Positions 47,301 through 57,900 of a stretch of DNA of 64,000 bases are shown one piece after another. The position numbers and the translations under genes were made by a program. The stretch is from assembly GCA_028288625.1 (NCBI GenBank), contig JAQBNI010000150.1, positions 1,584-65,583 of the forward strand, given 5' to 3'. Numbering within the stretch: position 1 is the stretch's first letter; each line of letters opens with the position of its first letter. This stretch comes from Bacteroidota bacterium. Lineage in GTDB: Bacteria; Bacteroidota; Bacteroidia; Chitinophagales; JADIYW01. The notes below the pieces were generated by a model that saw nothing but the letters and a program-made list of their open reading frames with translations, ran no database searches and had not been told where the DNA came from.

Positions 47301-49709
47301 ATGGCGGAAGTTAAAGAGCACATAAAAAATTCGGCTGACTGGCATGATAAACTGGATCTGCATTATTTACCTGCCTATGCTGATTTCCTTCTCCAAAATA
47401 AGCTGGAAGAATTTAATAGCGCAATGCTTCGCATATCGCGTGAAGTTGAGATACCGTTGCTGAAGCTTCTTGCGCTGATGCCTGAAGAGCAATTACTGGA
47501 ATTATCCCTCCAGGGAACAAAGGAACTCCTCGAATATTTTTCTCAAAATAAGATGGCAACGTTTATTGAGATTTCATTGAAGAGATGGATCGAAAACGAA
47601 ATACAGGTCATACAATCCGACCAGGTGGAGGCAAGGGATATTTCATCGGTAAGTTTTGTCCGCCGAAAAATTTTCCGCGATTTTTTTCCGCAATATTCAT
47701 CAGATCTGACACTGTATAGAAACGTGATGGAAGAAGTAGATAGGTTTACCGTAGAATTTGAAGAGCATTGTTACAATACACTGTTTGAAATAAAGCAACA
47801 GAAAATAAATGAGCACAATCAGGATTTGCGTGAAGCGCAGGAAATTGCCGGAATGGGTAGCTTTGATTGGGATCTCGAAGGCAAGGATTCTAATTTATCA
47901 AAACAGTTGTTGAATATTTTTGAACTGGAAGGTCCGAGCAGTATGAACTCATTTTTGGAGTATGTGCATCCGGGCGATCGCAAAAAAGTAAGAGAGGCAA
48001 TAGAAAAAGCCACAAAAGGTGATGGCGTTTATGAAAGCGAATACCGCTACAGGAAAAATAATAAAGAGAAAGTAATCTGGTCACGCGGCTTGGTTACTTT
48101 TAAAGATGGAAAGGCTTTACGGATGAAAGGAACGGTAATGGATATTACCGAGCGGCATCATATGCTTCAGCGACTGGAGCGAAGCGAAGAATTGCACAAG
48201 CAGGCACAGGCGCTCACGCATCTCGGAAACTGGAGCTGGTTCATCGAAGACAGTAAGATCAACTGGAGTGATGAAATGTATCGCATATATGGACTGGAGC
48301 CGCAATCCGAAGAAATTACTTTTGAGCGTTTCCAATCGCTTATTCATCCGGAGGACAGGGAAAACAGGCTGAAGGAAATTCAAAAAGCGTTAGAAACATT
48401 GCGTGCAGATGATTATGAAATGCGGATAGTAACACCACACGGTGAAGAAAAGGTACTGCAGGGAAAAGGAGAGGTTTTGGTAGATGAAGAAAACAAACCT
48501 TATAAGATCGTTGGAACCTGTCAGGATGTAACCAAACAGTTTCATTTAAATCAGCAGGTAAAAGAGAACGAAGAAACATTTCGCCAGCTGATCAACAACG
48601 CCCCTGATGCAGTTGTCGTGATCGATGAAAACAGCACAATTCTTTTATGGAACCCGAAAGCGGAAGAAGTATTTGGCTGGAATGAAAAAGAGATCATTGG
48701 AAAAACTTTGACTGAAACTATAATTCCTCCTACGTATAGGAGCGCTCACCTCGAAGGCATTCATCGCCTGCATACTACCGGAGAAGCTCGTGTGCTCAAT
48801 AAAAGTATAGAGATCAGTGCGATCAATAAATCAGGTAATGAATTTTTTATAGCGCTTTCGATATCGCGTTCTGTTCGCGCAGGGAAACCTGTATTTATTT
48901 CATTTATCCGCGACATTACAAATGAGAAAAAAGCGGAAATGGAGATCGCGCGTCACAGGAATGAACTCACTCAAAAAAATATAGAACTCGAACTCAGTAA
49001 TCAACAGTTAACTTCATTCAACTATATCGCAAGCCACGACCTGCAGGAACCATTGCGGAAGATCAGGATATACAGCAACCGCATTCTCGAAAAAAATATG
49101 GATGTGCTTCCGGGAGATACAATGGATTTTCTTCAGCGTATTATGACGTCTGCTGCCCACATGCAGAATCTTATTGAAGACCTGTTGGCTTTTTCGCGCG
49201 CAACGGCAACAGACCAGATATTCGACACCGTAGATCTGAATATTTTGTTTGAAGAAATAAAAGCGAATTTAAAGCATGTAATTGAAGAGAAAAAAGTTTC
49301 GATTGCGCATGATATATTACCAAGCATGAGGCTCATCCCTTTCCAGTTTGAACAGTTGCTGGAAAATATCATTAATAATTCTATTAAATACAGTTACCCG
49401 GATATTCCGCCGGTGATCAATATCATTTCCGATATCGTAAAAGGCGGAGAATATGTAAAAGAAGGCGCATCACCGCACCAGGATTATCACCGGATATCTA
49501 TTAAGGATAATGGCATAGGATTTGACGAAGCATACGCGTCTAAAATATTTGAATTGTTCCAGCGGCTGCACGGCAAATCTGAATATTCAGGAACAGGGAT
49601 CGGTTTGGCGATATGTAAAAAGATCGTGGAAAATCATAAAGGATTTATCACTGCAAATAGTGTAGAAGGAAAAGGAGCGACGTTTTCCATATTTATTCCG
49701 GTAACGTAG
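47301..49709 (+). CDS. cytoplasmic PAS-domain sensor histidine kinase
   Basis: Helical N-terminal domain, three PAS/PAC units, H-box ASHDLQEPLRKI, HATPase (DNGIGF, GTGIGLA). Confidence 0.92.
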   Translation: MAEVKEHIKNSADWHDKLDLHYLPAYADFLLQNKLEEFNSAMLRISREVEIPLLKLLALMPEEQLLELSLQGTKELLEYFSQNKMATFIEISLKRWIENEIQVIQSDQVEARDISSVSFVRRKIFRDFFPQYSSDLTLYRNVMEEVDRFTVEFEEHCYNTLFEIKQQKINEHNQDLREAQEIAGMGSFDWDLEGKDSNLSKQLLNIFELEGPSSMNSFLEYVHPGDRKKVREAIEKATKGDGVYESEYRYRKNNKEKVIWSRGLVTFKDGKALRMKGTVMDITERHHMLQRLERSEELHKQAQALTHLGNWSWFIEDSKINWSDEMYRIYGLEPQSEEITFERFQSLIHPEDRENRLKEIQKALETLRADDYEMRIVTPHGEEKVLQGKGEVLVDEENKPYKIVGTCQDVTKQFHLNQQVKENEETFRQLINNAPDAVVVIDENSTILLWNPKAEEVFGWNEKEIIGKTLTETIIPPTYRSAHLEGIHRLHTTGEARVLNKSIEISAINKSGNEFFIALSISRSVRAGKPVFISFIRDITNEKKAEMEIARHRNELTQKNIELELSNQQLTSFNYIASHDLQEPLRKIRIYSNRILEKNMDVLPGDTMDFLQRIMTSAAHMQNLIEDLLAFSRATATDQIFDTVDLNILFEEIKANLKHVIEEKKVSIAHDILPSMRLIPFQFEQLLENIINNSIKYSYPDIPPVINIISDIVKGGEYVKEGASPHQDYHRISIKDNGIGFDEAYASKIFELFQRLHGKSEYSGTGIGLAICKKIVENHKGFITANSVEGKGATFSIFIPVT

Positions 49710-49804
49710 CAGCCGTCAGACTGCTAAACAGGGTTTCAGCAGGGGAAGCGGTTCATGCGGCTAACATAATCACAAAAGCAAAACCGAATTATCATATCAA
49801 CCCA

Positions 49805-52800
49805 ATGAACATAGAGGAACAAAAAATAGAAGTTGAACAAATTCTTTCAGTCGGTGGAGAGCTCGGCGCGTTGATGCGCAGGATCAATTGGAGCAATACT
49901 GCTTTAGGCGATGAAAAAGATTGGCCTGAAAATTTAAAAGCCTGCATCAGGATATTATTCAATTCTATAAAAGAGAATGAAAAAATATTGACTTCCGAAA
50001 AACATCTCGAGGCAATGATCGAGCATAGTACGGAAATGATCAGCCTTGTAGACAGTGAAGGTGATGTGATCTATTGCGGACCTACTATTGAAAGATTCCT
50101 CGGCTTTAGTCCGGAAGAATTAAAAGGCAAGAAAGGTTTCGAATTCATACATCCCGCTGATCTCCAGAAATCATACGAAGTATTCCAGTATCTCATAGAT
50201 CATCCAGGTGAATCGGCGTACTTGCAGCAACGCATGTTGCATAAGAACGGCAACTGGATATGGTGTGAAGGCACGGTAACTAATCACCTGAACACACCCG
50301 GCATTCATGGCATACTTTCTAACTTCCGCGATATCCATACGGAATACAACACCTTTGAAGAATTAAAAAGATCGGAAGAAGAATTGAGAGGATTATTTTA
50401 CAATTCTCACGACTCTTTCATTTTACTTGATCGCGATTCAAAAATCCTTGCGCTGAATAATCTTGCACAAAAAGGATCACTGTTGCACATCGGGAAGAAA
50501 ATGGAAATCGGTCATTCGCTTACGGAATATTATCCGGCAGGACATGAAAAATCTATAAGACAAACAATATCTACAGTTTTTGACGGACAAACCATAAATT
50601 ATGAAACCAGTATTCCGCGACTTGATAACGGTCAGGAAGAATGGTATAAAACCGGCTGGTCGCCGGTATGTGATGATGAAGGCAAGGTCATTAGTGTTTG
50701 CCTTGGCGCTTCCAATATTACGGAACAGAAAAAAGCGGAACTGCAGCTTCAGCGATCTAAAGAAACCATAGAGAAGAATGAAAAATTATTCAGATCGATT
50801 GTCAGCAGCATCCCGAATTCATTAGTCTGCCTTATTGATAAAGATTATCGCTTTCGTTTACTCCAGGGAGATGTGCTTGATTCTCTGCAGATCCAGCGAA
50901 AAGATTTTACAGGGTTGCACTTAACAGATGTTTTTCCCGCCGAAAATGTAAAACAGTCCATGCCATTTTATGAGCGCGCGTTCCATGGAGAGCAGCTGAC
51001 TTTAGAAAGAACCCGCAGCGATCGCCATTATATCGTGCATTATATCCCACTTAAAAATGACGAAGAGATTGTTGAGAATGTATTAACTATATCATTGGAT
51101 ATCACTGAGATAAAAAACGCTCAGAAAAAGATCGAAGAAAGTGAAATGCGATACAGGCAGCTGGTTCACGGGCTTCCGGTAGCGATGTATACCTGTAATA
51201 CGGAAGGCTATATTGATCTATATAACGAAGCTGCAGTTAAGCTTTGGGGACGGACGCCGGAAATTGAAAAAGATTTATGGAATGGTGCGTGGAAGATATT
51301 TCGTACAGATGGTACCCCGTTGCCGCGCGAAGAATTTCCAACGGCAGTTGCCATCACCAAAGGCAAGATCATTCATATGGAGATCATTATTGAAAGACCT
51401 GATGGTACAAGGCGATATGTTACACCGCATCCGCAGCCGGTGTATGACGCAAATGGAAAGGTCACGGGCGCGGTAAATATGCTGATCGATATTACTGAAC
51501 AAAAACAATCTCAAAAAACACTGGAAGAAAATGAGATCCGGCTTCGATTAGCAACGGAAGGAACAAAGCTCGCTACGTGGGATCTCGATCTTAAAACACG
51601 GAATATTATTTACGCGCCAAGGCTTGCCGAAATATTCGGTCATCATAAATCAAAAATATTGACACACTCCGATATGCGAAACCAGCTACATCCTGATGAT
51701 CGCGAAGCGATCGTGGAGAAAGCATTTGCACATGCGATGGAAACCGGTTTCTATGATTATGAAGCACGTGTGATCAGACCTGATAAAACTGTGGTCTGGA
51801 TAAAAACACAGGGCAAGGTAATTTTTAATGAACAGCATGAGCCGATGCGTATGCTTGGAACGATGGGAGAAATAACCGACATCAAGGAAGCTGAGTTAAA
51901 ACTCGGTAAGCTTGCTTCAATTGTTCAATCTTCACGTGACGCCATCATTAGCAAAACGCTCCAGGGAATTATTACAAGCTGGAATGAAGGCGCAGTAAAA
52001 ATGTTTGGATATACAGCAGAGGAAATGATCGGTCAGCATATTTCTAAGCTTTTCCCTCCGGAACGGATCATGGAAGAAGTAGAAATTTTAAATCAGATCC
52101 GGAAGGGCGAAGTCGTGAATCATTTCGAAACGCAAAGGTTGACAAAAAATAATGTGCTTATAGATATTTCTTTGACGATCTCCCCGATAAAAGATTCACA
52201 GGGAAAAATTATCGGCGCCTCAAAGATTGCACGCGATATCAGCGATCAAAAAAAAGGAATTAAAGTGCTGGAAGAAGCTGAACATCGTCAAACATTGGCG
52301 CTGGCATCAGCAGAGATGGGTGCGTGGGATGTTGAAATTAAAAGCGGAGAGGTGGTGCGAAACCTGCGTCACGATCTCATCTTTGGTTACAATTCTTATC
52401 AGCCTCACTGGAATTATAAAATATTTTTAGAGCATGTTTTTATTGAAGACAAGCATATTCTCAAAGAAGCAATAACATTTGGTAAGAAGCATGGAAGCTT
52501 TAAATGTGAGCTGAGAATTATCAGACCGGATAATGCATTAAGATGGATAAAAATACAAGCGAGGATTGTATACGATGATAAAAAGGAACCGATGCGCCTT
52601 CTGGGTACTGTGCTCGATATCACGGAACAAAAAACGGAATCGGAACGGTTGGAAAGGAAGGTGGAGGAGCGCACAAAGGAATTGGTGAAACAAAAAGAAT
52701 TTGTGGATGCGATACTCGATTCAACAGTAGACATCATAGCAGTATTCAATAAAGATCTGCGATATATCAGCTTAAATAAGAAGGCGTATGAGATCTATGA

Positions 52801-53806
52801 AGTTGAACCTCATGAAGTCATCGGTAAACACATTCTTGAAGTTTTCCCTTCCACGCAACATTCAGGAATGTATGATGATCTGGTAAGAGCATTGAACGGC
52901 AAAACCATACACAATCCAAAATATAAATCACCGGTTTTAAAACGCCATTTCGAAAATTTCTTTATCCCTTTAAAACATGGAGATGGAGAGATATATGGCG
53001 TATTGATGATCGGGCATGAAAATACGGCGATCATTGAAGCGACGGAAAAACTGAAAGCGACAAACCTCGTCCTCGAGGAAAAAAATATTGCGTTAGAAAG
53101 AAGTAACAAAGAACTTGAATCATTCAGTTATGTTGCGAGCCATGATCTGCAGGAACCGCTGCGCAAGATCCAGACTTTTGCGGACATGCTGAAAACAAAC
53201 CGCGGGACTGAAGAGCAGTCTAAAAATTACCTGGAGAAAATAAAATCATCTTCGCAGCGGATGTCTGACCTGATCAAGGCTGTGCTGAATTACAGCAGGC
53301 TGACAAAAACGGAAGATGTTTTTGAAGAAGTTGATCTCAATATTATTGTTGAAGAAATTAAATCCGATTTCGAATTGCTGATCCGGGAAAAGAAAGCAAA
53401 GATAAAATATAAGAAGCTTCCTGTCATCAGCGGCATTCCGTTGCAGCTAAGCCAGCTGTTTTCCAACCTGATCAACAACTCTATAAAATTTTCGAGCGAA
53501 GCACCACAAATAGAAATTACTTCGAGAATTCTTTCAACGGAAGAAGTAAAGGCAATACCGGAATTAAATTTCACACAAAAATATATTGAATTAAAATTTA
53601 CCGATAACGGCATTGGATTTGAACAGCAATATGCAAATAAAATATTTGCGATTTTCCAGCGGCTTCATGAGAAGCAAGCGTATATGGGAACCGGTATCGG
53701 GTTAGCGCTGTGCAAAAAGATCGTCGAAAATCATCATGGTGTAATTACTGCAAAAGGAGAGTTGGGCAAGGGTGCGGTGTTTACTGTATATCTGCCGAAG
53801 TTATAA
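49805..53806 (+). CDS. cytoplasmic multi-PAS sensor histidine kinase
   Basis: About eight PAS/PAC units, H-box ASHDLQEPLRKI, HATPase. Confidence 0.92.
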   Translation: MNIEEQKIEVEQILSVGGELGALMRRINWSNTALGDEKDWPENLKACIRILFNSIKENEKILTSEKHLEAMIEHSTEMISLVDSEGDVIYCGPTIERFLGFSPEELKGKKGFEFIHPADLQKSYEVFQYLIDHPGESAYLQQRMLHKNGNWIWCEGTVTNHLNTPGIHGILSNFRDIHTEYNTFEELKRSEEELRGLFYNSHDSFILLDRDSKILALNNLAQKGSLLHIGKKMEIGHSLTEYYPAGHEKSIRQTISTVFDGQTINYETSIPRLDNGQEEWYKTGWSPVCDDEGKVISVCLGASNITEQKKAELQLQRSKETIEKNEKLFRSIVSSIPNSLVCLIDKDYRFRLLQGDVLDSLQIQRKDFTGLHLTDVFPAENVKQSMPFYERAFHGEQLTLERTRSDRHYIVHYIPLKNDEEIVENVLTISLDITEIKNAQKKIEESEMRYRQLVHGLPVAMYTCNTEGYIDLYNEAAVKLWGRTPEIEKDLWNGAWKIFRTDGTPLPREEFPTAVAITKGKIIHMEIIIERPDGTRRYVTPHPQPVYDANGKVTGAVNMLIDITEQKQSQKTLEENEIRLRLATEGTKLATWDLDLKTRNIIYAPRLAEIFGHHKSKILTHSDMRNQLHPDDREAIVEKAFAHAMETGFYDYEARVIRPDKTVVWIKTQGKVIFNEQHEPMRMLGTMGEITDIKEAELKLGKLASIVQSSRDAIISKTLQGIITSWNEGAVKMFGYTAEEMIGQHISKLFPPERIMEEVEILNQIRKGEVVNHFETQRLTKNNVLIDISLTISPIKDSQGKIIGASKIARDISDQKKGIKVLEEAEHRQTLALASAEMGAWDVEIKSGEVVRNLRHDLIFGYNSYQPHWNYKIFLEHVFIEDKHILKEAITFGKKHGSFKCELRIIRPDNALRWIKIQARIVYDDKKEPMRLLGTVLDITEQKTESERLERKVEERTKELVKQKEFVDAILDSTVDIIAVFNKDLRYISLNKKAYEIYEVEPHEVIGKHILEVFPSTQHSGMYDDLVRALNGKTIHNPKYKSPVLKRHFENFFIPLKHGDGEIYGVLMIGHENTAIIEATEKLKATNLVLEEKNIALERSNKELESFSYVASHDLQEPLRKIQTFADMLKTNRGTEEQSKNYLEKIKSSSQRMSDLIKAVLNYSRLTKTEDVFEEVDLNIIVEEIKSDFELLIREKKAKIKYKKLPVISGIPLQLSQLFSNLINNSIKFSSEAPQIEITSRILSTEEVKAIPELNFTQKYIELKFTDNGIGFEQQYANKIFAIFQRLHEKQAYMGTGIGLALCKKIVENHHGVITAKGELGKGAVFTVYLPKL

Positions 53807-53807
53807 C

Positions 53808-54180
53808 GTCATTCTGAGCTGTGCGAAGGATCTGTTGAAGACTTCCGTCACGCGCGCCGTCATTATGAGCGTAGCGTAATAATCCCGATCAGTTTCGCAC
53901 TTGTTATTCAATTTACATTTACTTCCTAAGCCTTTCTAAAACTATTCGGGATTGCCACGTCGCTTCCCGATAAATCGGGAGAACGCGACTCGCAATGACG
54001 GTGCTCATTTGCGATCCGTCATGAGCACCGTCATTATGAGCGAAAGGTAATAATCCCGATTTGATTTGCACTTGTGTAAATGTCATTCCCGTGAAAACGG
54101 GAATCTCACTCACATTTGCAACTGATCTACTGAAAGCATTATCTTAATATCATGAGATCTCCGATCAGGTCGGAGATGAC
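53808..54180. repeat. cluster of six GTCAT-type palindromic REP-like units
   Basis: Units at 53808-53833, 53859-53885, 53949-53999, 54030-54056, 54082-54107, 54154-54180. Confidence 0.82.
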
Positions 54181-54240
54181 AGTATTCAACAAATTGTTTT
54201 ATTACTCAGATTATTTACAGAAGTAAAAGGATGAAGAATT

Positions 54241-54275
54241 CATTCAACATTCAACATTCATCATTTAACATTAAT
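54241..54275 (+). repeat. heptamer tandem repeat (CATTCAA-like x5)
   Basis: CATTCAA CATTCAA CATTCAT CATTTAA CATTAAT. Confidence 0.6.
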
Positions 54276-54707
54276 TTACGACCGGCTGCTATGCATCTCG
54301 CTTTCCAGCTCAATTAGATTGGTTTCAACAACATGCCGTATTTCGCTGCAAAGCAATTTGAAATCTGTTGGCTTGGTTAAAAAATAAACTGCGCCCAGAT
54401 CTCTTGTTTCCTTTTTATCTTTTTCTGAAGAAGAAGTAGTGAAGATAATTACAGGAATATCTTTGAGCTTGTGATCGTTTTTTAATTCTGAAAGACATTG
54501 CCATCCGTCCATGCGCGGCATATTCAGATCGAGGAAAATAAAATCAGGTAAGCGCTTTAATTTTAAGCGGATCTTATCCAGCGCGTCTTCACCGTTAAAT
54601 GCACTCAAACACTGAGAGGAAGGGTATATTTCGCTGATAGCTTCCAGGAAAAAATCCCGGTCATCGGGGTCGTCGTCCACTACAAGAAATATAAAATTTC
54701 TGTTCAT
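54276..54707 (-). CDS. single-domain response regulator
   Basis: VVDDDPDD, FLDLNMP, IFTTS, KP; no output domain. Confidence 0.92.
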   Translation of the reverse strand: MNRNFIFLVVDDDPDDRDFFLEAISEIYPSSQCLSAFNGEDALDKIRLKLKRLPDFIFLDLNMPRMDGWQCLSELKNDHKLKDIPVIIFTTSSSEKDKKETRDLGAVYFLTKPTDFKLLCSEIRHVVETNLIELESEMHSSRS

Positions 54708-54929
54708 ACATGTGGGGGTATTCGTAATAAAAAATTAAAAAAAGCTATTCAGTGGTATGATTCGTCTACTAAATATATCGAAAAAAAAACAATTGCACAA
54801 GTTTTTTTCATGAGAATTTTCTCTAATACATTAAACTATTTTACCAGTGTTTTGTTTGAATTATAAGTTCGCTTTTGCCTTTTATCTTTATCTTTACTTC
54901 TTTCGCTTTCTTTATCCTTAAATTACCTG

Positions 54930-57900
54930 ATGTCCAAAAAGACCATACCCGAAGTGAGCGTGCAGGATTTTCCTGTAGTCGGGATTGGCGCGTCTGCCGG
55001 CGGACTTGATGCATTCAAAAGATTTTTACAGGAGATACCGGAAAAATCGGGGATGGCTTATGTAATTGTTCAGCACCTGAATCCAGCGCATGAAAGTATA
55101 TTGCCCGAGCTCCTCACCAGGGTTACAAAGATCCCCGTGCATGTTATTGAAAATGATATCAACCTCGCACCTGATAACATCTATATCATTCCTGAAAATA
55201 AAATACTCACAGCATCCGATGGAGTACTCAAATTAAATTCTAATGATCCTGCAAATAAGAAAAATATGTCGATAGATATTTTTTTCAAATCGCTTGCAGA
55301 AGTACACACCAATCTTGCGGTAGGCGTAGTGCTTTCAGGTACTGCATTCGACGGTACTGCCGGATTGAAAGCGATCAAGGAAAACGGCGGTCTCACATTT
55401 GCACAGGATGATTCAGCAGCATTCGACAGCATGCCGCAAAGCGCGATCAATTCTGATGTCGTTGATTTTATTTTGCCGCCGGAAAAGATCCCCGCCAAAA
55501 TTCTGGAGATCAACAATATTTACAAGCCGGAAAAGCAACAGGACGGAAAATCAAATTTATCCTCCGAAGATGAAAGGGATCTGAAAATTATTCTTACAAT
55601 CATTCGTCAGCGTACAGCAGTGGATTTTACTTATTATAAACAGCCTACGATTCGCAGACGACTTGCAAGGAGAATGTCGATCAGGAAAGTGTATAAATTT
55701 TCAGATTACCTGGATATTTTACGGATGGATAAAGAAGAGCAGGATGCACTGTTCCTCGATATGCTGATCCCGGTCACTGCTTTTTTTCGCGATTCTAAAA
55801 CCTTTGAAAGTTTAAGTGAAACAATTTATCCCGAGCTTCTTAAAAATGCAGCAAATAAGGAATCGATACGCGTATGGGTGGCAGGTTGCTCTTCCGGTGA
55901 GGAAGCTTATTCTCTTGCGATCTCAATTCATGAATTTTTTCATGACAAGATACCGAATATCAAGATACAGGTCTTTGCCACAGATATATCTGACACGGTT
56001 ATTACAAAGGCTCGCGCAGCCATCTATACAGCGAATGATGTGCATAGTATTTCTTCTGCAAGGCTCCAGAAATATTTTACCAAAACGGATGGAATGTATC
56101 ATGTGAATAAGCAGATCCGTAACATGTGTATTTTTGCGTCTCATAATTTTTTAAAAGATCCGCCCTTTTCGAATATCGATATGGTTTCCTGCAGGAATGT
56201 CCTCATTTATCTCGACACCTATTTACAAAAAAAAGCGCTCACCAATTTTCATTATGCATTGAATGAAAACGGGTTTCTGTTCCTGGGTAAATCTGAAACA
56301 ATAAATGCGGCTGCAGAATATTTTAATCCTGTAAACAAGAACGAGAAAATTTATAGCCGCAAACAGGCGGTGTCGCGTTATATGAGTGTAACTTCTAAAA
56401 AAAATGAGGAAGCATACGCGGAAAAAAATACCCAGTTGCGCAAGGAGCCTGATCATACAAATGATTTTCAGAAAAATGTAGATGAGATCTTATTGTCAAA
56501 ATTTGCTCCTCCTGCTGTTATTGTTAATGAACACCAGGAAATCGTACATTTCCGCGGTGATACGGGTTTATTTCTTCGACCTTCTCCGGGGAAAGCAAGC
56601 CTGAATGTATTGAAAATGATAAGAGATGGTTTAACCTTTGAATTGCGCAATGCACTTCACCATGTGCAAAAGAAAAAAATGCCGGTGATCAAGGAAAATA
56701 TTCCTTTATCCAATATAAACGATTATGTAGTAACGATGGAAGTGATCCCGGTTCCGAATATTATAGAGCAGTATTTTTTAATTGTATTTCATAAAATAGA
56801 AATACCGCCCATAGAGCGTGAATCAGAAATGAATTCTGCGGAAAAAATAAAAAGCGACCGCGCTAAAAAAAGGATCGATCAATTAGAGAAAGAACTTGCG
56901 AAGACACGCGAAGATATCCGCAGTATTTCTGAAGACCAGGAAGCGTATAATGAAGAATTGCAAAGCGCGAATGAAGAGTTGTTGAGCAGCAGTGAAGAAT
57001 TGCAAACCATTAACGAGGAACTCGAAACTTCGAAGGAAGAATTGCAGGCGGGTAACGAAGAGTTGATTATCGTAAACCAGGAACTTACGGAAAGGCAGGA
57101 AAATCTGGGTGATGTAAGTGAAAAGCTGGAAAAGCTGAACAAGCAGCTGATCATACAAAATGAAACGTTTAAGCAAGCAGAAGAAAGTTCAAATCAAGGA
57201 AGCTATACTTATAATTTTACGACCGGTGAATTTGCATGTTCAGATAATTTATACAGGATCATGGGTTATGAACCGGGCGAAATGCAATGCACCTTAAAAG
57301 ATTTTTATAAGCATGTACACCCAAAGGACAGGGGGCATGTAAAGAAGGATGCTGAAAAAGTAAAATCTATCAAAGAAACTGTGGAAATGAGGTACAGGCT
57401 AGTAACGAAGAAAGGTCAGAAACTATATATTAAGGGAACCGGCAGAACGATTACACAAAATGATGAATTGATATTAGTCGGTACTGTACAGGATGTAACG
57501 CAGGATACGTTATTGAATAAGCATTTAAAGCTTCGCGAAGCACAGCTTTCGGAATCACAGCGTTTAGGAAAGATCGGCAGCTGGGAAGTTGATTTTAACA
57601 GGAACAGGCTCGTGTGGTCGGATGAATTGTACAGGATGTATGGTTATAAGCGCGGAGAGCTGAAACTCGACCTCGAAACATTCGGAAATTTAGTACCTGA
57701 AGATCTGCCGCGTGTAAAAGAAATGCTGGAGCATTCGCGCAGCACCGGAGACCCTTTTGAAATGGAATATCGCAGATACGACAAGAACGGTCATATTCAT
57801 AATATTTATTCAAAGGGAAGTGTGAAAAAAGATAAGACGGGTAAAGTGATCGGGTTGCTTTGTATCAGTATGGATCTTTCCGAGTTGCGGCAAAAAGAAG

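Noticed and set aside
53919-54113. 64-aa ORF (and the 69-aa ORF at 61601..61810)
   Set aside because: Both are translations of palindromic repeat DNA or antisense to a real gene
53808-54180. Palindromic repeats with spacers as a mini-CRISPR
   Set aside because: Units differ in sequence and alternate in orientation; they match dispersed REP-like copies elsewhere in the window
54868-54921. Pyrimidine-rich TTTATC-like hexamer run upstream of the CheB-CheR gene as a phase-variation tract
   Set aside because: Units are too degenerate for slipped-strand switching
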